Source: a virus
Taxonomy: Duplodnaviria > Caudoviricetes
Strand: one strand, 5' to 3'
Length of the DNA: 51,693 nt
Virus record (IMG/VR): IMGVR_UViG_3300036939_000003
Coordinates: 1-51,693 of that record
The notes beneath the pieces are model-generated. The model saw only the letters and a list, made by a program, of their open reading frames with translations. It did no database searches and had not been told where the DNA came from. The first letter of the stretch is position 1, and every line of letters begins with the position of its first letter. Both the position numbers and the translations under genes were made by a program. Positions 45,618-51,693 of this stretch are shown here, in pieces.

Positions 45618-45794
45618 TGACAAGCGAAGAATACAGACGAAGGCGTAAACCACAGCCCGTTAATCTGGGCAACAGGTGCATCCATCACGTTGAATGTAAA
45701 AATACAGTGAGCGATATGCGTACAAATATTTGTAATGAATGCGCGGAAAAGGTTGCTAAAGAGGTTAATCGAGATTTGAGGAGACAGCAAAAAG

Positions 45795-46223
45795 GTGATC
45801 TTTACTAAACAACGCTGTGATATGGATTGCGGGGCGGCAATGGTCGCATCAGAGGCGGAAGTCTCTTATGAACGAGCCAGAGCATCAATAGCACCTGATG
45901 TCTGTGCATTTGGAATGTACTATGCGGAATTATTGCACGCTCTTATCAAAATAACAAAATTAGATTACCGTCTGACTATCAAACCAAAGCCCGAAAACCT
46001 TGCAAAGTATCTCCGGCGTCAGAAACTTAAAACAAGCGAGATTTATCTATGTGAGCGTACCAACATCACTAATCCTTTGTGGCGTGTTCATTATGTAGGA
46101 ATGGACTGCGATGAGAACCTTTACGATCCATTAGAGCAAGGTGTTATCGAAAACGCTCGTGTTATTAGTGATTATCACAAAGAGTGGAATGTATTAGGGG
46201 TGATTAGAAAGTTTATAAAATGA
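45795..46223 (+). CDS. Peptidase C39-like protein
   Basis: Q....DCGAA, HYV and YDP give a Cys-His-Asp pattern; GTG start. Confidence 0.6.
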   Translation: MIFTKQRCDMDCGAAMVASEAEVSYERARASIAPDVCAFGMYYAELLHALIKITKLDYRLTIKPKPENLAKYLRRQKLKTSEIYLCERTNITNPLWRVHYVGMDCDENLYDPLEQGVIENARVISDYHKEWNVLGVIRKFIK

Positions 46224-46864
46224 GCGAAGAAAATAAACTCACAGGAAAGCAAAAACTGTTCGCTGATGCCTATATCGGCAAAGCGCATTTTAACGCTCGA
46301 AAAGCGGCGGAAATGGCTGGCTATAACGGTGATTGTAATTCCCTGGCTGTTATCGGTTCGCAGAACTTAAGAAAACTTAATATTTCGAGCTACATCGAAG
46401 AAAAGTTGAAAAATTTCGGAATGGGCGCAAACGAAGTATTAACAAGACTTGCGCGCATTGTAAATGGGGATGTTGACGACTTTTTGAGTGAAGACGGTTT
46501 TTTTGATCTAAAGAAGGCACGGCAGAACGGAAAAACGCCTTTACTGAAAAAACTGAAACAGAAGCGCACCATCAAGCAAAAGAAAACTGAAGTTCGTGAT
46601 GATATGAGAGGTTTTCTTGCTGAAGATGAAGTAGAGGCGATTGAATCAGACGTTGAAATCATTTATGAGGAAGTCGAGTTTGAAATGTATTCCGCACACG
46701 AAGCGTTAAGAGATTTAGGTAAGTTTCATAAGTTGTTTACGGATAAGACCGAACTTAGCGGAACAGTTCAAACTGTCGGTTTGACCAAAGAAGAGTTTGA
46801 AGCAGAAGCGGCTAAAAACATTGCACAGGCTAAAGAAACTTTAAATAAATTTGATGGCGAATAA
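46220..46864 (+). CDS. terS: Terminase small subunit
   Basis: LTGKQKLFADAYI...NARKAAEMAGY, ALRDLGKFHKLFTDK. Confidence 0.9.
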   Translation: MSEENKLTGKQKLFADAYIGKAHFNARKAAEMAGYNGDCNSLAVIGSQNLRKLNISSYIEEKLKNFGMGANEVLTRLARIVNGDVDDFLSEDGFFDLKKARQNGKTPLLKKLKQKRTIKQKKTEVRDDMRGFLAEDEVEAIESDVEIIYEEVEFEMYSAHEALRDLGKFHKLFTDKTELSGTVQTVGLTKEEFEAEAAKNIAQAKETLNKFDGE

Positions 46865-48317
46865 TCCAAACATTTTATTTCGGACAAGGCGGGCTTTTTT
46901 AATGCTTCGGCATTTGGATTTGCAAACCGCTTCCGGTATTCCTGATGCGCGGTGGGAAAAGTTTCAGATTGATGAATTAAATAATGATGCGATGTTCGGG
47001 CTTGAAAGAAAATGCCGCCAGGTCGGCTGGTCTTTTCTTATCGCTATGCGCGGTGTGGCAGATGCGATTCTGGATAAGCGAAGTTCTGTTTATAACTCGA
47101 TAAATCAAAGAGAGGCACAGGATAAAATCAGGTACGCTCGCGCAATATATGAAAACATTCGCTACTACAAGGATTTGCCGAAAATCATCATTGATAATCG
47201 TCAGGAAATAGAATTTGATAACGGCGCAAGATTAATCTCAACGGCAGGCGGGCGCGGAATCCCTAACTCAAACTTTTTCATTGATGAAGCAGCTTGGAAG
47301 ATGAACGCTAGAGAAATCTATACGGGAGCGGTGCCAGTTATTTCAAAAGGCGGCACTTTCCGCATGGGTTCATCGACAAATGGCGCAAGCGGCATCTTTT
47401 GGGAAATTGACACGGAAAGTTTTCAAAAATATCCAGACTTTGTTCGTACGTCAACAAAATGGTGGGAAGTTGAAGCGTTTTGTACGGATGTTAAGAGGGC
47501 AGTTAAAGAAGCGCCGAAAATGTCCACAAAGGAACGTGTTGAAGGATTTGCAACCGAACGCCTTAAGAAAATATTCGCTAATACCGTTTTAGAAGACTTT
47601 CAGCAGGAATATGAAGCCGTTTATGTCGATGAAACGACAGCATGGATTACCTGGGACGAAATCAAACAGAACACGCACAATGACTTGGTATATGAAGCAG
47701 TAACGTGTGAAAAGAACATCGATGAGGCGCTAATTACCATTGAAAGGTTTGGCAAATTAATACAATCGGGGAGTATTGAATCGGTATTCGGTGCGGGCGT
47801 TGACGTGGGACGCACAAGAAATTTAACTGAAATCGGGTTGGTTGGAATCTCTACAACACAGACCTATCCGCTTCGCTTAATGATTTCGCTTGATAACGTC
47901 AAATACGATGACCAATTAACAGTCCTAAAGAAGTTAATGCAGTTCGGAATAGTCAAGATGCTTATTGACAGAAACGGCATCGGCTCAAATTTAGCTGAAA
48001 ACATGGAAGATGCTTACCCTTCAAAAGCTGAAGGGGCACAATTCGCGCTTGAATCAAAAAGACTATGGGCTACAGATGTCAAGATGCGTATGCAGCAGAA
48101 TAAAGTTCCTTTACCGCCTGAGCCGGAATTGGGCTATCAAATCCACTCCATTAAACGAAAGGTTACTGCTTCAGCAAACATGGTTTTTGATACTGAAAAG
48201 AATGAGAAACATCATGCAGATAAATTCTGGATGCTGGCATTAGCACTTGCGGCGGCGAATCAACCAGTCCACGAATTTACGGAACGCTCACAACAGGTTT
48301 TGAGCTTATTAAAATGA
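46851..48317 (+). CDS. terL: Terminase large subunit (Mu gp28-like)
   Basis: KCRQVGWSF Walker A variant, FIDEAAW, SSTNG, GVDVGR, IDRNGIG, HADKFWMLALA. Confidence 0.9.
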   Translation: MMANNPNILFRTRRAFLMLRHLDLQTASGIPDARWEKFQIDELNNDAMFGLERKCRQVGWSFLIAMRGVADAILDKRSSVYNSINQREAQDKIRYARAIYENIRYYKDLPKIIIDNRQEIEFDNGARLISTAGGRGIPNSNFFIDEAAWKMNAREIYTGAVPVISKGGTFRMGSSTNGASGIFWEIDTESFQKYPDFVRTSTKWWEVEAFCTDVKRAVKEAPKMSTKERVEGFATERLKKIFANTVLEDFQQEYEAVYVDETTAWITWDEIKQNTHNDLVYEAVTCEKNIDEALITIERFGKLIQSGSIESVFGAGVDVGRTRNLTEIGLVGISTTQTYPLRLMISLDNVKYDDQLTVLKKLMQFGIVKMLIDRNGIGSNLAENMEDAYPSKAEGAQFALESKRLWATDVKMRMQQNKVPLPPEPELGYQIHSIKRKVTASANMVFDTEKNEKHHADKFWMLALALAAANQPVHEFTERSQQVLSLLK

Positions 48318-49852
48318 TTAGTTTACTAACGAGAGGAAAAATGGCACTCCAATTAGCATACAGGGCACTGACTGACCCCGAATCCATCTTGGCTAAACAG
48401 TCGGCGGATGAGCACTTAAATCTCTACCGCTTATCTTGGGCTTACTACCAGAGCAAAGTGTTTGCCCCAGGCGATGACTGGACGGCACTTTTATCGGCAA
48501 GCGGGCTGTACAAGCATACGAGACTCGTATTTAATCCCGTGCCCCAGATAATAGACTTTTATGTGGACAATATTTGGAGTCAGGCGGGCGATGAGAAATA
48601 CCCTAAACTTATCACACCTGTTTCAAACGGTGTTGACGATAAGTTGATTGAGGCTGTTGCTCAACTTGACCAGTGGACGAACTGGCGAAAAGATCAACAA
48701 GAAGTTAAGTCCTACGCGGCGGCGACCGGAAACACTCTCGTTGAAGTCATAGACGATATGCAGCGCGGCAAGGTCACTCAAAAAACAATATGGGCTGGAT
48801 ATGTTAAGGGAGTAACTCTCAACGATGCGGGGGATGTGCAGCAGTACGCTCTTGAATACGAGGTTTATGATTCAAAGGAAAAGAAAAGCTACAAGTACGG
48901 AAAGATAGTTACAAAAGAGGAAATTAGATATTTTAGGGACGACAAACCTTTCGATTACGGTGTCGGGGCTGTTATACCAAACGCTTACGGCTTTTGCCCT
49001 GCTGTCTGGTTTCGCCATTCGGGGGGCGGCGTTAATGGTCGTGCGGCGTTTACGGACTACGCAAAAGTCAACCACGTCAATTCTCTCGCATCGCACCTGC
49101 ACGACAACATTCATAAAGAAATCGAATCGGGCAAAATCATCTTTGCCGATAAGCCGGATCAATTCACTGTTATATCAGGCGGCAATAAAAACAGCGACGG
49201 AACGCTTAATGAAGTTGATCCGCGTCTTGATAGAGTATTAATCGGGATGGTCGGGCAGGGAAATATCGTGGATATGTCGGGACTTCTCAAACTAGCCGAA
49301 GCCCATCCTTATTTAAAAGACTTGCTACTTAGTTTTGGCGACGATTACCCTGAATTAGAGTACAGGCAGATTATCAAAGAAAACGCGCAACTGTCAGGCA
49401 TAGCACTAGAACGACTGCTTACACCCGCACAGAATCGTCTTGATAGAGCAGCGCCTAACTACGATGGACAGCTTATTAAATTAAGACAGATGCAGATTGC
49501 AATAGCGGGTTGGAGAACTCGAAACGGGTGGACAAATCTAACCAAACAGCAGCAGTTATTTTCACCGTTTGACCTTACTTCATACGACAGAGGCGACCTA
49601 GATTTTAACCTTAAACCGTCTCGTCTAATCGAGCAGACCGAAGACGAAAGAGAAGATTTACTGATGAAGAAAACTAACCGGGCTGTTGTGAGTGCCGATA
49701 TACTGCCGCGCGATGAACTGTTAAAGATTCTAGGTAAAACGGATGATGAGATAATCGAGTTATTAGCCAAATTGGATAAGCAAACCGTATCAGTAGGAAA
49801 TGCACTCGGTAGGGCTATTGATTCAGGGCAGGGATTGGAGCTTGATAACTAA
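48314..49852 (+). CDS. Portal protein (SPP1-like)
   Basis: 512 aa after TerL; PNAYGFCP and QLSGIAL motifs. Confidence 0.75.
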   Translation: MISLLTRGKMALQLAYRALTDPESILAKQSADEHLNLYRLSWAYYQSKVFAPGDDWTALLSASGLYKHTRLVFNPVPQIIDFYVDNIWSQAGDEKYPKLITPVSNGVDDKLIEAVAQLDQWTNWRKDQQEVKSYAAATGNTLVEVIDDMQRGKVTQKTIWAGYVKGVTLNDAGDVQQYALEYEVYDSKEKKSYKYGKIVTKEEIRYFRDDKPFDYGVGAVIPNAYGFCPAVWFRHSGGGVNGRAAFTDYAKVNHVNSLASHLHDNIHKEIESGKIIFADKPDQFTVISGGNKNSDGTLNEVDPRLDRVLIGMVGQGNIVDMSGLLKLAEAHPYLKDLLLSFGDDYPELEYRQIIKENAQLSGIALERLLTPAQNRLDRAAPNYDGQLIKLRQMQIAIAGWRTRNGWTNLTKQQQLFSPFDLTSYDRGDLDFNLKPSRLIEQTEDEREDLLMKKTNRAVVSADILPRDELLKILGKTDDEIIELLAKLDKQTVSVGNALGRAIDSGQGLELDN

Positions 49853-50145
49853 TGAGCGAAATTAAAATTAAAATCACTATTGCTGGAAACGAAGTTGAAT
49901 TATCAGTTGATGAAGCAAAAGACGTTTACATTCAACTTCAAAAACTATTCATTCATACCGTATCAATTTCAAGTGTTTGGGCAGACAGTCCAGCACCTAA
50001 AGGAACGCTGACAGTTAGCGGAGGTTTGCCGTTAGATGCTCAGGGAATAGTAGTAGAAGGATTAAAAGCGCCAAAGCTTGGAAAAGCGGTTATCAAAGCT
50101 TTCGATAATACTTTTAAGGCTGCAAGGAATAAAGATAGAGTGTAA
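49852..50145 (+). CDS. Small hypothetical protein
   Basis: 97 aa, TAATG-coupled at both ends. Confidence 0.6.
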   Translation: MSEIKIKITIAGNEVELSVDEAKDVYIQLQKLFIHTVSISSVWADSPAPKGTLTVSGGLPLDAQGIVVEGLKAPKLGKAVIKAFDNTFKAARNKDRV

Positions 50146-51092
50146 TGCCGACTATCTACGAACTAGCAAAATCTCATCGGTCCCGACTGTTGCAGCGTGA
50201 AAGTGCGGCGACCAGAGAAATCCTTCGCGCTTTTCAAGTTGTAGTAGATAATCTTGCACCGTATATAGAGGCATTAGAGGAAGAATTAAAAGAAAATCCT
50301 GCGTTATCGGCTACTAAAGTTTTACTACTCGAAAGATACAAAGCATTAGAATCACAATTAAAAACCGAGATAGAGCGTTTTAGCGCGAATGCGGCACGTA
50401 TCACGACCGAAGCACAGCGCGTTAATACATTTGAAGCATTCAGAGAAGCGGCGGAACTTATCAGAGGTCAATCGGATGCTTTTCTGGCTCTACCATCGAG
50501 AGCAATGACAAGTTTTATCGGCTTAGCTTCTGACGGTTCACCACTAGAGAAGATATTCGCTGATATTTCTGGCGGTGCTGTTCAGGGCGTAAAGGATGCG
50601 ATTATCGAGGGCATAGCGTTCGGGAGTTCAAAGAGAGTCGCTTCCAACCTGCGAAAGAGTTTCGGCACACCCGCGCACAGAGCGCTTGTAATATCGAGGC
50701 AGGAAACTCTACGGGCTTACAAATTCGCCGCGCTTTCTGTGTATAGGGATAACCCAACCATCGTAAAGGGCTGGATATGGCTATCTGCCAGAAGTTCCCG
50801 AACTTGCGCTGTCTGTTGGGCAATGGATGGAACAAAACATAAATCAGACGAAGATTTTGGAAGTCATATTTGTTGCCGTTGTACGCCTCTACCTTTTATT
50901 GATAAAGAGTTGCCGAAAACAGGTGTAGAGATATTTGATTCTCTCGATGCTCAAACTCAAGCGGATATTCTAGGTAAATCTAAGTATGAGCTTTATTCAA
51001 ACGGAAAGATTCAATTAATGGATTTAGTTGAAACTCGTAATAGTAGAAGATGGGGCAAAGTGAGAAGTGAGAAGGCTTTGAGGGATTTATGA
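50145..51092 (+). CDS. Minor head / head morphogenesis protein (SPP1 gp7, Mu gpF family)
   Basis: RALVISRQET, W.W.SA.SSRTCAVC..MDG, HICCRC. Confidence 0.85.
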   Translation: MPTIYELAKSHRSRLLQRESAATREILRAFQVVVDNLAPYIEALEEELKENPALSATKVLLLERYKALESQLKTEIERFSANAARITTEAQRVNTFEAFREAAELIRGQSDAFLALPSRAMTSFIGLASDGSPLEKIFADISGGAVQGVKDAIIEGIAFGSSKRVASNLRKSFGTPAHRALVISRQETLRAYKFAALSVYRDNPTIVKGWIWLSARSSRTCAVCWAMDGTKHKSDEDFGSHICCRCTPLPFIDKELPKTGVEIFDSLDAQTQADILGKSKYELYSNGKIQLMDLVETRNSRRWGKVRSEKALRDL

Positions 51093-51194
51093 AGCGTCTT
51101 AAATTCTGGTTTTATGTATTTTATTACATCTTTGCCGCACTTAAGCAGTTCTGCGATTCGGCTGGCGAGATTATAGCTTTATTTATGAATTACG

Positions 51195-51647
51195 ATGACG
51201 AATAAACCAAAAACATTCAAAGTTTATCCTGAAAAGCGCGGGCGGAATTGGGGATGGTATTTCGTGGTTAAAATCCATCCGTCAAAAGAGGCGTTTGATG
51301 CTTCTATGCGAAAACTCGGGCACGACAACCTAGAAGAAACGGGAGGTCTGACAACTTGCCATAAAGCCTACTTAGTTTCAGAAGATGGAACGGAAGAAAG
51401 AACACGGGACATCGGGCATATTCACTTAATCAGCGAGGCTTTAGGTTCTGAGGCTATTTCGCACGAAGCGACGCACGCGGCAATCGGCTGGGCGCGTGAG
51501 GTAGAGTTAGACCCAAACAAAATATTCGATTTAAGCGGAACAGGAAGCGTATCTGACGAAAACGAAAGATTCTGTTATGCACAAGGTCAAATAACAAGAC
51601 AGATTGTTAATAAATGCTACAAATTTAATTTATTTACTAATGAATAA
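51195..51647 (+). CDS. Hypothetical protein with HExxH motif
   Basis: ISHEATHAA...ENERFCY. Confidence 0.6.
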   Translation: MTNKPKTFKVYPEKRGRNWGWYFVVKIHPSKEAFDASMRKLGHDNLEETGGLTTCHKAYLVSEDGTEERTRDIGHIHLISEALGSEAISHEATHAAIGWAREVELDPNKIFDLSGTGSVSDENERFCYAQGQITRQIVNKCYKFNLFTNE

Positions 51648-51693
51648 ACAAGGGATGGCAGATAAACCTAAAATCAGAACAATAACAAAGGCT

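Noticed and set aside
51567-51693. 127-bp terminal repeat as a biological terminal repeat
   Set aside because: The length equals a common assembly k-mer and it lies across coding sequence, so it is best read as a circularisation overlap.
1-51693. Stop-codon reassignment
   Set aside because: Core genes are intact under the standard code, and TAA, TAG and TGA all end genes with normal coupling.
1-51693. Host assignment (impression of an Acidobacteriota/Blastocatellia-like host)
   Set aside because: It is only an impression from gene style and cannot be supported without database, spacer or attB matches.

Overview
The window is a complete, circularly assembled temperate tailed phage genome of about 51,566 bp; bases 1-127 recur at 51567-51693, most likely as an assembler overlap. 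The layout is siphovirus-like. A head and tail operon (1431-18052) has a -1 frameshift chaperone, a tape measure carrying a peptidase motif and GTA-type tail tip genes. It is followed by attP and a tyrosine integrase, a leftward lysogeny and immunity block (excisionase-like HTH, HsdR-N-type nuclease, ImmA/IrrE protease, repressor) and a Cro-like switch with palindromic operators. Then come a long early region of small ORFs, a C5 DNA methyltransferase, RusA, an initiator with iterons plus a DnaC-like loader, a lysis and second fibre block, and terminase, portal and minor head genes. The most unusual signals are non-coding or non-canonical. They are (i) a promoter- and terminator-bounded small RNA of about 55 nt whose 5' end is exactly antisense to the early lytic leader 3 kb away, (ii) a tRNA-shaped RNA of about 147 nt with insertions in three arms and its own promoter, (iii) several leader terminator or attenuator structures, (iv) small accessory genes bracketed by duplicated intergenic/RBS sequences, (v) an apparent ATT-initiated integrase, (vi) a methyltransferase with motif IX in a nested alternative frame, and (vii) a 9-aa peptide shared with only synonymous changes by two small virion-operon ORFs. 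All product calls come from motif recognition and synteny, not database searches. The host cannot be determined from the sequence alone.
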